This document shows positions 39,859-49,949 of a stretch of 64,000 nucleotides of DNA, in pieces (within the stretch, counting starts at the first letter, position 1; every line of letters begins with the position of its first letter). Location of the stretch: the NCBI GenBank assembly GCA_965238005.1, contig OZ250165.1:2592001-2656000 (forward strand), given 5' to 3'. Source of the stretch: Longimicrobiales bacterium (GTDB lineage Bacteria > Gemmatimonadota > Gemmatimonadetes > Longimicrobiales > Gaopeijiaceae). The notes below the pieces were generated by a model. That model did not search any database, was not told where the DNA came from, and saw nothing but the letters and a program-made list of their open reading frames with translations. The position numbers were made by a program, and so were the translations under genes.

Positions 39859-41045
39859 GCCGTGACCTCCCGACGAGGTCCGGGGAGGAGGCGGATCATG
39901 TCGGCGACGATGGCCGTAGCGGCCTCGGGATGGCTCCGTACTCGGGCCGCATGGCTCATGCGTTCCAGTCGCTCCTCGTCCCCCGCCAGCTCCTCGACCG
40001 CTCGCCACAACGCCTCCGGCGTGAGATCCGCCTGACGCAGGTGGACTGCCGCCCCCGACTCCTGCAGGGCCTGGGCGTTCAGCTCCTGGTGGTTGGCGGC
40101 GGCGGTGGGAAGAGGCACCAGAATGGCCGGTACGCCCCATGCCAGGAGCTCGGCCGTGGTCATGGCCCCCGCCCGGCTCACGCACAGATCGGTGACGCTC
40201 AGCGCCGAGGGCATGTCCTCGATGTAGGGCACGGCCCGGACCCGGGCTGAATGGCCCACGGCATCCAGCGCCTGGTCGACGCCAGCGTGATGTCCGGTGC
40301 CGGTAGCCCATAGGAGCTGCCAGCCGTCGAGGGGAGACCGGGTCCCGCCGGTCATCTGGCGCACGGCGCCCTGGACCAGGTCGTTCAGAGCAACAGATCC
40401 TTGGCTGCCCCCCACCACGAGGAGGACCTTCAGCTCCGGGTCGAGGCCCAGGCGCTCGCACACGTCCCACCGCTCGGGCCGTCGCTCCGGGAGGGGTCGG
40501 ATGGGGCATCCGGACACGTGGGCGGCGTCCTGAGCCCCCGAGGGCAAATGCGCCACAGCCTCCGGGAACGCCAGGTGCACCTGGGCAGCCCATCTCGACA
40601 GGAAGCGTGTGGTTGCGCCCGGCCGAGCGTTCTGCTCCTGGAGGACCAAGGGGATGCCGGCCATAGCCGCGGCCATCCCCGCCGGCACGCCGGCGTATCC
40701 GCCCGTCACCACGACGAGCTCCGGCTCGAGGCGACGAAGCAGGCTGACGGCGACGACGAGAGACCGAGCCAACGCCCACGGTACCCCGAGGTTGGACAGC
40801 AACTCACCCCGATGGAGACCACGGACCGGGAGGAGATGGTGCTCCAACCCCCGCTCCGGGAGCACCCGAGCCTCCAGGCCCCTTCGGGCGCCGAGGAAGA
40901 ACGGCTGAGTGCCCGGCCGCTGCCGCACGAGCTCGTCGGCCAGGGCCAGCGCCGGATAGAGGTGCCCACCCGTGCCCCCGCCTGCGAAAACGGCGACGGA
41001 GCGCTCATGCACGGGCCCTCCTTCCGGCGGGTAGGGGCCGCTCAC
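39855..41045 (-). CDS. murG: Undecaprenyl-PP-MurNAc-pentapeptide GlcNAc transferase
   Basis: GGGTGGHLYP, EQNA, GGSQGS, SRAGA and HQELNA; start uncertain. Confidence 0.96.
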   Translation of the reverse strand: MSGPYPPEGGPVHERSVAVFAGGGTGGHLYPALALADELVRQRPGTQPFFLGARRGLEARVLPERGLEHHLLPVRGLHRGELLSNLGVPWALARSLVVAVSLLRRLEPELVVVTGGYAGVPAGMAAAMAGIPLVLQEQNARPGATTRFLSRWAAQVHLAFPEAVAHLPSGAQDAAHVSGCPIRPLPERRPERWDVCERLGLDPELKVLLVVGGSQGSVALNDLVQGAVRQMTGGTRSPLDGWQLLWATGTGHHAGVDQALDAVGHSARVRAVPYIEDMPSALSVTDLCVSRAGAMTTAELLAWGVPAILVPLPTAAANHQELNAQALQESGAAVHLRQADLTPEALWRAVEELAGDEERLERMSHAARVRSHPEAATAIVADMIRLLPGPRREVTA

Positions 41046-42189
41046 AGGCTCGGGAGATGCTCATCAGGATCCCCACAGCCGCCAGGGTGACCAGAAGGTT
41101 CGATCGGCCGTACGAGACCAGAGGCAGGGCCAAGCCGGTGGGTGGGACCAGACTCAGTCCCACCGACATGTGGAGGATCGCCTGCATGGCGATCATGCTG
41201 GTGATGCCCGTGGCGAGAAGCTGGCCGAAGAGGTCCGAAGCCCTTGCCGCGACGCGGAAACCCACCAGAACCAGAAGCATGTACAGGACCACGGTGACCG
41301 TCACCCCGACCAAGCCCCACTCCTCGCCGATCATGGCGAAGATGAAGTCGTTGTGGGCCTCGGGGAGGAAGCCGAGCTTCTGACGTCCCTGTCCGAATCC
41401 CACGCCGGCGATTCCTCCGGACCCCAGGGCCAGGAGCGACTGGTGCACCTGGAAGCCGGCGCCGGCCGGGTCCGCCGAAGGATCGAGGAAGGTCATGATC
41501 CGCTCGACCCGAAACGATACGGCGAGCTGCCTCCAAAGCAGCGGTGCCGCGAGCAGAGCGAAGAAAGCGAAGTGGGCCACCCGTGCCCCGGCGGCGTACA
41601 CCACCACACACCCTAGGAGCCCGATCAGCAACGCTGTCGAGAGATCAGGCTCGAGGGCGATGGGCAGCATGATGGCACCCCAGACCGCGAGGAAGGGGAC
41701 CAGGCCTCGCTTGAGGCTCCGGAAGTGCTCCTGCTTGCGCACCGCCATCGAGGCAGTCCAAACGATGACCGCCACCTTGGCGAGTTCGGAGGGCTGGATG
41801 GTCACACCGACACGGAGCCAACGACGGGCTCCGTTGATCTCGGGAGCGATGGCTTCCGTACCGGGAAGCACGAGGACGAAAAGCAGAAGCCAGACCGCGG
41901 CGATCATGGGCCACGCCAGGCGTTGCCAGAGATCGTGGGGGAGCCAGGCACAGAGGCCCAGGACGCTCAGGCCCGTGGCGGCGCCCATGGCCTGCCGCAG
42001 CACGTAGTAGTAGTCAGGCAAGGTCTGACGCTGGGCGAGGAACGCGCTCGCCGAGTACAGCGTGACCAGGCCCAGCGACAGGAGGACGACCGTGAGGATC
42101 ATGAGGGCGGCGGCCTCCCACCCCCTCCCCAGGCTCGTGATGGGCAGGGCGAGGGGCCCGGACGGAGCGACGTCGACGGCGCGGGCCAT
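41005..42189 (-). CDS. ftsW: SEDS peptidoglycan polymerase FtsW
   Basis: GARRW, QPSE, LPEAHNDFIF and SYGRS. Confidence 0.95.
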   Translation of the reverse strand: MARAVDVAPSGPLALPITSLGRGWEAAALMILTVVLLSLGLVTLYSASAFLAQRQTLPDYYYVLRQAMGAATGLSVLGLCAWLPHDLWQRLAWPMIAAVWLLLFVLVLPGTEAIAPEINGARRWLRVGVTIQPSELAKVAVIVWTASMAVRKQEHFRSLKRGLVPFLAVWGAIMLPIALEPDLSTALLIGLLGCVVVYAAGARVAHFAFFALLAAPLLWRQLAVSFRVERIMTFLDPSADPAGAGFQVHQSLLALGSGGIAGVGFGQGRQKLGFLPEAHNDFIFAMIGEEWGLVGVTVTVVLYMLLVLVGFRVAARASDLFGQLLATGITSMIAMQAILHMSVGLSLVPPTGLALPLVSYGRSNLLVTLAAVGILMSISRACERPLPAGRRARA

Positions 42190-43589
42190 CAGCCGGTCTC
42201 CTCGGTCGCAAGGGCCCGAGCCAACTCGGCGAACCGCTCACCACGCTCCTCGTAGCTCTCGAACATGTCGAAGCTCGAACAGGCCGGAGAGAGGAGCACA
42301 ACGTCGCCCGGCCTCGCCGCGCCGGCGGCGGTCTGGACCACGGCGTCGAAGCCGACGCCGATCAGCTCGACCTGCACACGCTCCGCGAGGGCCTGCTGGA
42401 TCCGGGGACCGGCTTCGCCATACGCGAAGACGCGGGCGTCGGCGTCCACGAGAGCCGACACGAGGGGAGAGAAGTCCTCGTCCTTGTCCTTGCCACCCAA
42501 CAGGACGATGAGCGGACCCTCCAAGCTGGTGATCGCCCTCCGGGCCGCGGCCACGTTGGTGGCCTTGGAATCGTTGACCCACCGGATCCCCTTCCCTTCC
42601 GCCACCTGTTCCGTCCGGTGGGGTAGGGGTCGGGCGGTGGCCAAGCCGCGCTGAATGGCCGCCGTGGACGCCCGGGCCAGGCTGGCGACGGTAGCCGCCG
42701 CCAAGGCGTTCTCCACATTGTGGGCACCCAGCAGTCCGAAGCGAGCGACCGGGATCAGGGTCTCCCTCTCACCGGGCACCATTTCCAGAGTGAGGTCATC
42801 CCCATCGAGATAGGCCCCATGAACGCCGGTCTTCTCGGTGCTGAAGTGGTAGCGCTCCCCGGGGGCGCCGGCGGCCAGGTCGAGAACGGCCGGGTCGTCG
42901 TCGTTGAGGACCCACCGGCTGTCGTCATCGGCGTTCCGGAAGAGGTTGACCTTGTCCGCGTAGTACTCCTCCACGGACGCGTACCGGTCCAGGTGGTCCG
43001 GAGCCAGATTGGTCACCACGCCGATGTCGGGGCGGAGTCGATCGATGCCCGCGAGCTGGAACGAGCTCATCTCCACCACGTACCACGCCGGGCCACGGTC
43101 GCGAAGCGCCAGCTCCGAGGCCGCAGGTCCGAACGCCTGGCCGATGTTGCCGCCCAGGGCCACGTCCTGCCCATCACTCTCGAGCAGGTGCGCCACCAAA
43201 GCCGCAGTCGTGGTCTTGCCGTTCGTTCCAGTCACGACGATCAGTGGACCATCGAAGAACCGAAAGGCGAATTCAGGCTCAGAGATCCATCGTACGCCCC
43301 GCTCAGTGAGCTCTCTGAGCACCGGAGCATCCGGGGGGATTCCAGGACTGACCACCACGGTCTCTGCCATGGCGATTCGATCCATGGGGTGCTCCCCGAG
43401 ATCGACCTCGACCCCGAGTGCTCGGAGCTCGTCTGCACGAGCATGAGCTGCGGCGTCGCTGCGCAAATCCGAGACATGGACACTACCTCCTCGTTCGAGG
43501 GCCAAACGGGCCGCCGCCCTCCCGGACGCGGCCAAACCGACCACGGCGATCCGCTCGCCGTCCAAGCTTCCAACGCTTCCGTTCCTCAC
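42189..43589 (-). CDS. murD: UDP-MurNAc-L-Ala--D-Glu ligase
   Basis: GTNGKTTT, EMSSFQL, DHLDRY, NDSKATN and SPACSSFD; GTG overlaps the mraY stop. Confidence 0.96.
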   Translation of the reverse strand: MRNGSVGSLDGERIAVVGLAASGRAAARLALERGGSVHVSDLRSDAAAHARADELRALGVEVDLGEHPMDRIAMAETVVVSPGIPPDAPVLRELTERGVRWISEPEFAFRFFDGPLIVVTGTNGKTTTAALVAHLLESDGQDVALGGNIGQAFGPAASELALRDRGPAWYVVEMSSFQLAGIDRLRPDIGVVTNLAPDHLDRYASVEEYYADKVNLFRNADDDSRWVLNDDDPAVLDLAAGAPGERYHFSTEKTGVHGAYLDGDDLTLEMVPGERETLIPVARFGLLGAHNVENALAAATVASLARASTAAIQRGLATARPLPHRTEQVAEGKGIRWVNDSKATNVAAARRAITSLEGPLIVLLGGKDKDEDFSPLVSALVDADARVFAYGEAGPRIQQALAERVQVELIGVGFDAVVQTAAGAARPGDVVLLSPACSSFDMFESYEERGERFAELARALATEETG

Positions 43590-44692
43590 CGAATCTTGAG
43601 GGCGCTGAACGCCACCATCGCGGACAGGATTCCCATGATCCAAAACCGGACGACCACCTTGCTCTCGGGCCAACCCAACTGTTCGAAGTGGTGGTGTAGC
43701 GGAGCCATCTTGAAGAGCCGCTTCCCCGTCCCGTACTTGCGGGCCGTGTGCCGGAAGTAGCCGACCTGGAGCATCACCGAGAGAACTTCCACCACGAATA
43801 CCGCGCCCACGATGACGAGGAGGAACTCGGTCTTGAGCAGAATCGCCATGGCGCCGATGACCCCCCCCAGGGCCAGCGAGCCCGTATCGCCCATGAAGAC
43901 CTCGGCGGGGTGGCCATTGAACCACAGAAAGCCCAGGCATCCCCCCGTGAGACCAAGGGCCAGGATGGTGAGCTCCCCCGCCCCGGGGAGGTAGAACAGC
44001 CCCAGGTACTCCGAGCTGTCGACTCGGCCCAGGAGGTAGGCGAAGATCCCGAAGGTGGCCGCGGCGATGGCGGTGAGGCCTGCCGCGAGGCCGTCGAGGC
44101 CGTCGGTGATGTTCACCGCGTTGGAGCTCCCCGAGATGACGAAGGCCACGAAGGGCACGTAGGCCCACGGAGCGAAAAGGAGCGAGAGATCCGAGAAGAA
44201 CGGCAGCATCGTCCGGTTCGGATCCACCGGGGAGATCGGATGCAACAGCAGAAACAGTCCCAGGCTGAGCCCGAAGGCCCACTGGCCCGTCATCTTGTAG
44301 CGGGCCACGAGGCCCGCGGTGCGCCCCTGGACGACCTTGAGGTAGTCGTCCATGAAGCCGATGGCACCCATGGCCAGCAGCGTCAGGAGCGCCAGCATCG
44401 TGTACCAGTTCGTCAGCTCCGCCCAGAGCAGCGTGGACACGGCCGTGGACGCGAGGATCAACACGCCGCCCATGGTAGGCGTGCCGGCCTTCTCCAGGTG
44501 GGTCGCCGGCCCCTCGCTTCGAACGACCTGGCCGACCCGGAGCCGTGTGAGCGCCCGAATGGTCATGGGCCCCAGCACGAACGCGAGCATCAGGGACGTG
44601 ACCAGGGCGCCCGCCGCCCTGAACGTGATGAAGCGAAAGAGGTTGAAGACGATGTGGACGTCTGCCAGGCCGGGAAGCAGATGATAGAGCAT
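43586..44692 (-). CDS. mraY: Phospho-MurNAc-pentapeptide transferase
   Basis: KAGTPTMGG, DDYLK, NAVNITDGLDGL, FMGDTGS and MAPLHHHFE. Confidence 0.97.
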   Translation of the reverse strand: MLYHLLPGLADVHIVFNLFRFITFRAAGALVTSLMLAFVLGPMTIRALTRLRVGQVVRSEGPATHLEKAGTPTMGGVLILASTAVSTLLWAELTNWYTMLALLTLLAMGAIGFMDDYLKVVQGRTAGLVARYKMTGQWAFGLSLGLFLLLHPISPVDPNRTMLPFFSDLSLLFAPWAYVPFVAFVISGSSNAVNITDGLDGLAAGLTAIAAATFGIFAYLLGRVDSSEYLGLFYLPGAGELTILALGLTGGCLGFLWFNGHPAEVFMGDTGSLALGGVIGAMAILLKTEFLLVIVGAVFVVEVLSVMLQVGYFRHTARKYGTGKRLFKMAPLHHHFEQLGWPESKVVVRFWIMGILSAMVAFSALKIR

Positions 44693-46131
44693 CAGGCCTC
44701 CACCCCGCCGGGCACCGCTGCGGCTCCCCCGAAGTCCCTCTCGAACTCCGGGATCACCCGCTCCAGAGCGAACCCCCGCGAAGCCTTGATCAGAACCACT
44801 TCGTCACCGCCGAGACGACCCCTGAGCGCCCGGTACGCTTCCAGTGGATCGGCGATCGCGATGGGCTCGGGTCCGGTTGTGCCGGCGGCCATCCGATCCA
44901 CGGCACGGGCGAAATCGCCGGTGGCCACGACGAGATCGAGCCCTATCGTCCCGGCCTCTGCAAGGAGAGCCGCGTGCAGCTCGTCGCTCCGGCTCCCGAG
45001 CTCCAGCATGCTCCCCAGGAACGCCACCTTGGGGCGCCCGGGCTGGATGGCCACGAGCAGATCCAAAGCGGCCCGCGTGCTCTGTGGATTCGCGTTGTAG
45101 CAGTCCAGCAGCAGGGTCAGCCCATCCAGGTGCCGGACCTCGCCCCGCATTGAGCTCACTTTCAGGGAGCTGACGCCCCGGACCGCCTCGGCTGCCGGCA
45201 CGTCCAGCATGTCCGCCACGGTCAGGGCGAGAAGGGCGTTCGTCACCGAATGGCGACCGGGCACCCGCAGCCGCACGGGCTCGCCGTGCCACAGGAAGCT
45301 CCAGTTGCCCTGGTCGTCCATGGTCGCGTCATCCGGCTGGAGCTGGGCGTCGGCCCCCTCGCTCCATCCGGCCACCCTGACCCGCGGGCGGATCCGCCGC
45401 GCTTCCTCGGGCAGGATCGGTGGCTCGTCACCCACCACCGCCCTCCCGTCCTCCTGGAGCCCGCGGAGCAGGTCGAGCTTCTCCATGAGCACGCCCTCAA
45501 GAGACTCCAGCTTCTCGATGTGCGTTTCCGAGACGGTGGTGACGACGCCGATCTCGGGTCCCGCGATCTCGGTGAGGGTGCGGATCTCTCCTGGCTCGTT
45601 GGTGCCCATCTCCAGGACCACCACCTCGGCGTCGTCGGGCGCGTCGAGCAGCGTGAGTGGCAAGCCCACCCGGTTATTGAGGTTCCCACGGGTGGCGTGG
45701 AGCCTACGCGACCCCTCGAGGGCGGCCCGCGTGAGGTCCTTGGTGCCCGTCTTTCCCGACGACCCGGTGATGCCGACAACGGCGGCCCTCAGGTGAGTGC
45801 GACGGTAGCCGGCCAGCCGGCCCAGCGCATCAACGGTGTCGTCCACCGGATAGAGTCGGGGGTTGTCTCCCACCTCGAGGTCCCGAGACACGACCGCACC
45901 GCGTGCGCCTCGCTTCAGGGCCGCGATCACGTAGTCGTGACCGTCGAAGTTGTCGCCCTCCAGGGCGACGAAGAGGTCTCCCTCGCGAGCCGTGCGGCTA
46001 TCCGTGGAGACTCCTCCGAAGCGAAGGGCGCCGTCTGCGTCGGAGGTGAGGCCCTGGGCGGCGCCGTCGACGGATGCCAGGCCCAATGCGGCTCTGACGT
46101 GACCATCCGTCCACGCGAAGCCCCCCGTCAT
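44692..46131 (-). CDS. murF: UDP-MurNAc-tripeptide--D-Ala-D-Ala ligase
   Basis: GSSGKTGTK, NLNNRVG, EMG, DCYNANP and KASRG. Confidence 0.95.
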   Translation of the reverse strand: MTGGFAWTDGHVRAALGLASVDGAAQGLTSDADGALRFGGVSTDSRTAREGDLFVALEGDNFDGHDYVIAALKRGARGAVVSRDLEVGDNPRLYPVDDTVDALGRLAGYRRTHLRAAVVGITGSSGKTGTKDLTRAALEGSRRLHATRGNLNNRVGLPLTLLDAPDDAEVVVLEMGTNEPGEIRTLTEIAGPEIGVVTTVSETHIEKLESLEGVLMEKLDLLRGLQEDGRAVVGDEPPILPEEARRIRPRVRVAGWSEGADAQLQPDDATMDDQGNWSFLWHGEPVRLRVPGRHSVTNALLALTVADMLDVPAAEAVRGVSSLKVSSMRGEVRHLDGLTLLLDCYNANPQSTRAALDLLVAIQPGRPKVAFLGSMLELGSRSDELHAALLAEAGTIGLDLVVATGDFARAVDRMAAGTTGPEPIAIADPLEAYRALRGRLGGDEVVLIKASRGFALERVIPEFERDFGGAAAVPGGVEA

Positions 46132-47612
46132 GCCGCACCTCCGAGCTCGGCCAGGCTCTCCTGAACGATTCGACGCTCATCGAAGGGGCTACTCTCGGTG
46201 CCGATGACCTGGTAGCTCTCGTGGCCTTTGCCGGCGAGAAGGACCAGGTCTCCGGCGCGCGCCGCAGCAAGAGCCATTCTGATGGCCTCGGGGCGGTCCG
46301 CGTGGCGCTCATAGCGGGAACCCGCCATTCCGGCGACGACGTCGTCGATGATAGACTCGGGGTCTTCAGTCCTCGGATTGTCGGACGTCACTACGGCCAG
46401 ATCGGCGCCCTGGGCTACCGCAGCACCCATCTTCGGCCGCTTGCCCCGATCTCGATCGCCGCCGGCCCCGAAGACCACGATGAGCCGTCCGGACGTCAGG
46501 GGCCTGAGGGTGGCCAGAACGCTGCGCAGCGCCTCGGCCGTGTGAGCGAAGTCGATGAGGATGGAGAACGGGTCGCGGACTACGATCTCGAGGCGGCCCG
46601 GCACCTGCGGGACGGTTTGGAGTCGTGCGGCGATCGCCTCCACTCCCATCCCCGCCGCCGTCCCCGCCCCCGCGGCGGCCAACGAGTTCTCGACGTTGAA
46701 GCGCCCGAGAAGCGGGAGGTTCACCTCGGCGCCCTCGTCGGCCAGAGCGATGCGGAACCGCGTCCCATGTGGCTCGGGCGCGAGGGCCTCGGCCCTCAGG
46801 TCCGCGGGGGAATCCACGCCGTAGGTCAACGTGCGACGCCCCTCCAAGGGCAGCGACCGCCAATGGTCCGCGTCGGCGTTGACGACCGTCAGCCCGTCCT
46901 CCTTCACCAGATCCAGAAGGAGGGACTTGGCGCCCAGATAGCTCGCCATGTCCGGGTGATAGTCCAGGTGATCCTGGGAGAGGTTGGTGAACACGGCAGC
47001 GTCGAAGCGCATTCCGGCGAGCCTCTTCTGCTCCAGGGCATGGGATGACGCCTCGACGGCAACGGAGTCGACACCCTCTTCCACCAGCCCACCGAGCCAT
47101 TGGGACAGCTGAACCGGTCCCGGGGTGGTGAGCCCCTCTGTGCCGGCCCGGACGGCACCGTCGGCCTCTACCAACCCGAGTGTTCCGATGGCGACGGCCG
47201 GTCCGGAGTCCTCCAGGAGATGTCGCGTGATTAGCGCCGTTGTGGTCTTCCCGTTCGTTCCGGTGATCCCGACCGTGAACAGATCTTGCCAGGGGGATCC
47301 GAGGATCGTGTCGGCGGCCAGGGCGGCAGCGCGCCGTCCATCCGACACCTGCAGCTGGGGGATCCCGGCCTCCGGCACGTGGCGCTCGACCACCGCGGCT
47401 ACAGCTCCGGCCCGGGCGGCAGGAGCGACGAAGTCGTGGGCGTCCCACTCGGATCCGCGCCATGCGAGGAACAGGTCCCCAGCCTTCACGGACCGTGAGT
47501 CTTGGGTAACTCCCGAAACGGCCACGTCCTCCTGACCGTGGAGCTCGTCTACGAGGCCCGCAGTCCGGAGCACTCTCGCTACCGAGGCGAGGGAGGTAGT
47601 AGCGTTAGCCAT
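46128..47612 (-). CDS. murE: UDP-MurNAc-dipeptide--meso-DAP ligase
   Basis: GTNGKTT, TTPG, EASSH, DFAHT and the DNPR motif (mDAP type). Confidence 0.96.
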   Translation of the reverse strand: MANATTSLASVARVLRTAGLVDELHGQEDVAVSGVTQDSRSVKAGDLFLAWRGSEWDAHDFVAPAARAGAVAAVVERHVPEAGIPQLQVSDGRRAAALAADTILGSPWQDLFTVGITGTNGKTTTALITRHLLEDSGPAVAIGTLGLVEADGAVRAGTEGLTTPGPVQLSQWLGGLVEEGVDSVAVEASSHALEQKRLAGMRFDAAVFTNLSQDHLDYHPDMASYLGAKSLLLDLVKEDGLTVVNADADHWRSLPLEGRRTLTYGVDSPADLRAEALAPEPHGTRFRIALADEGAEVNLPLLGRFNVENSLAAAGAGTAAGMGVEAIAARLQTVPQVPGRLEIVVRDPFSILIDFAHTAEALRSVLATLRPLTSGRLIVVFGAGGDRDRGKRPKMGAAVAQGADLAVVTSDNPRTEDPESIIDDVVAGMAGSRYERHADRPEAIRMALAAARAGDLVLLAGKGHESYQVIGTESSPFDERRIVQESLAELGGAA

Positions 47613-49656
47613 CCCCCCTCCGTCCCGTCGATGCGAGGCGCACCGTATCTCCGGGTTCCAGTCGGGACCCGGCCTCGGGAAGCGTGAGCGTCACCGGACC
47701 CGAGCCCTCCCAGCGGACACGCAGTCCCAACTCGTGCATCCGCCGGGCCGCGGCTCGGGCCGGCAACCCCGTGACGTCCGGCATGGTGACGCCGCCAGAG
47801 CCGTCAGGCATGTCGGGCCCTCGATCCGCCGCATGCCCCACTTCTGAGTCGAAGCGCACGAGCCGCGCCGGATCCGCGGCGGCCGGGAGTGACGTGAAGC
47901 GAGACGCCGTCGAGGATCCGCTCGACGGAGCCGTTTCCGGACGAGTCCTGGACGCGCCCGGGAGGGCCTGAGCCCGTGCGACGAGAGCCAGCGCGTTGCG
48001 GTCCAGCGGTGTCTGTTGGGCCGCCAGGATGGACTCCAGCGTCGCACGCGTGACAGGAGCGGCCGTGGCTCCTCCGTAGTACGCACCGCTGGGTCGATCC
48101 AGCTTGACCAGCACCACGAGCTGTGGATCCTCGGCGGGGAAGAACCCGGCGAACGACGAGAAGTATTCCCCCGACTGGTAGCCGCCATCCGACCACGCCC
48201 GGCTAGTGCCGCTCTTCCCGGCCACCGCGAACGTGCTGAGCCTGGCGCGCGTTCCCGTGCCGTCCTCCACGACGTTCACGAGGACGTCCGCGACCTGCCG
48301 GGCCACCGATGGCGACACGACCTGCCGCACCATCCGTGGCTGAAACCGATCGACGGTCCGGCCCTGGGCGTCGCGGACCTCCTTCACGAGCCGGGGCTGC
48401 ATGAGGCGGCCGCCGTTGGCCAGGGCACCGTACGCCATGGCCATCTGGAGGGGCGTGACCGACACCTCGTAACCGATGGCGAGGGAGACGGGGGACTGGC
48501 GGCTCCACCGCTCAGGGCGCCGGAGAGTGCCCTTGCCCTCGCTCGGCAGCCCGACTCCCGTGGGCGCCCCGAGCCCGAAGTCCCTCAGAGTCTGGTACTG
48601 GATGGCCGGAGTCATGACCTGGGCGGTCTTCGCCACGCCGACGTTGGAAGAGATCTCGAGCGCATGGGCGAGGGTCATCACACCGCCCTCGGGGTGGACG
48701 TCGCTCACCGTTCGACCTTCCACGGTCCAGTGACCGGTCCCCGTATCGACGCTGTCCTCGAGAGTGACGAGTCCGTACTCCAGGAGACCGGCGACCGTGA
48801 AGGGCTTGAGGGTCGAACCGGGCTCGTACGGAGTGTTGATGGCGGACAGCGCGCTGGTGGACCCGTCCCGTATGGAGACCATGGCCAGGATGTCCCCGGT
48901 GCGTGGGTCGGTGATCACCAGGTCGCCGCCCCGGGCTTCCGTCTCCTTAACCGCCTCCACGAGGGCCTGGCGGCCGATCTCCTGCAGATCCACGTCGAGG
49001 GTGAGGACGACCTGGCCGCCCTCTTCAGGCTCCTTGACCAGAACGCTCTCGCCGGGAATGGGATGGCCCTGAGGATCACGCGCCAGGACGGCCCTACCCT
49101 CGCTGCCCCTGAGGGACTCGTCGAAGGCCTGCTCCACCCCCCCGTACGCCTCGCCGTCCCGAACCACGCCCAGGAGCCCGCGCGCCAATCCTCCGCGGGG
49201 GTAGAAGCGACGGTACTTACGTTCCAGGTACAGGCCGCGAACGTTCGTCAGGGCCTCACGCACCGAGGGAGGATAGGAATTCGGCAGGACCCGCCACGGC
49301 CTCGACGAGGTCGTGGCATCTCGCACTAGGTCCCCGCTGAGCCCCAACGTCTCGGTCAGGAGCCGTGTGACGGCCTCCACGTCCCGAATCTCCCGCGGCG
49401 CCACGCTCACCCTGAAGGTCTCCCGGCTCATGGCGAGCTCGACCCCTGAGCGGTCGAGGACGGACCCTCGCGGGGCCGCCACCTCGACGCTGGTCCGGTG
49501 CTGCTGCTCGGCCTGCTGCCTCCAGATCGCTCCCTGGGCAACCTGGATCTGCGAGGCCCGACCGACGACAACACCCCCTGAGAGGAGCCAAACGGTGAGA
49601 AGAACGCGTCGCCGGAACGTCACCTTGGAGCCGGCCTGCTTGCGCCGCCGCCTCAT
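47605..49656 (-). CDS. ftsI: Division transpeptidase PBP3 with C-terminal PASTA domain
   Basis: EPGSTLK (SxxK), SSN and KSG motifs; ATG 49656 overlaps the ftsL stop. Confidence 0.92.
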   Translation of the reverse strand: MRRRRKQAGSKVTFRRRVLLTVWLLSGGVVVGRASQIQVAQGAIWRQQAEQQHRTSVEVAAPRGSVLDRSGVELAMSRETFRVSVAPREIRDVEAVTRLLTETLGLSGDLVRDATTSSRPWRVLPNSYPPSVREALTNVRGLYLERKYRRFYPRGGLARGLLGVVRDGEAYGGVEQAFDESLRGSEGRAVLARDPQGHPIPGESVLVKEPEEGGQVVLTLDVDLQEIGRQALVEAVKETEARGGDLVITDPRTGDILAMVSIRDGSTSALSAINTPYEPGSTLKPFTVAGLLEYGLVTLEDSVDTGTGHWTVEGRTVSDVHPEGGVMTLAHALEISSNVGVAKTAQVMTPAIQYQTLRDFGLGAPTGVGLPSEGKGTLRRPERWSRQSPVSLAIGYEVSVTPLQMAMAYGALANGGRLMQPRLVKEVRDAQGRTVDRFQPRMVRQVVSPSVARQVADVLVNVVEDGTGTRARLSTFAVAGKSGTSRAWSDGGYQSGEYFSSFAGFFPAEDPQLVVLVKLDRPSGAYYGGATAAPVTRATLESILAAQQTPLDRNALALVARAQALPGASRTRPETAPSSGSSTASRFTSLPAAADPARLVRFDSEVGHAADRGPDMPDGSGGVTMPDVTGLPARAAARRMHELGLRVRWEGSGPVTLTLPEAGSRLEPGDTVRLASTGRRGDG

Positions 49657-49949
49657 GGGGCTCCTCCGGTGAGCAGGACCATCTCCGACGCGTCGGGCTG
49701 GTGCATGCCGAGGCGCTCCACTGCCACGGTCGAGATCCGCGTCCTGCTCTCGAGATGCTGGATCCGGCGCTCCAGCTCCGTCTGCTCTGCCGTTGCGAGA
49801 GACAGCTCGCGTCGCACCTCGTCCAGGGCCGCCAGGCCCTCGAAGGCCCTGCTCTGGCGCCACGTCACCAAGCTCAGGGAGGCCAGCAGGCCGGCGAATC
49901 CGAGGCCCAGGAGGCTGGGCACGCCCCAACTGCGCTGTCGCCACCTCAC
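49653..49949 (-). CDS. ftsL: Cell division protein FtsL
   Basis: TM plus coiled coil, AVERLGM; between rsmH and ftsI. Confidence 0.8.
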   Translation of the reverse strand: MRWRQRSWGVPSLLGLGFAGLLASLSLVTWRQSRAFEGLAALDEVRRELSLATAEQTELERRIQHLESRTRISTVAVERLGMHQPDASEMVLLTGGAP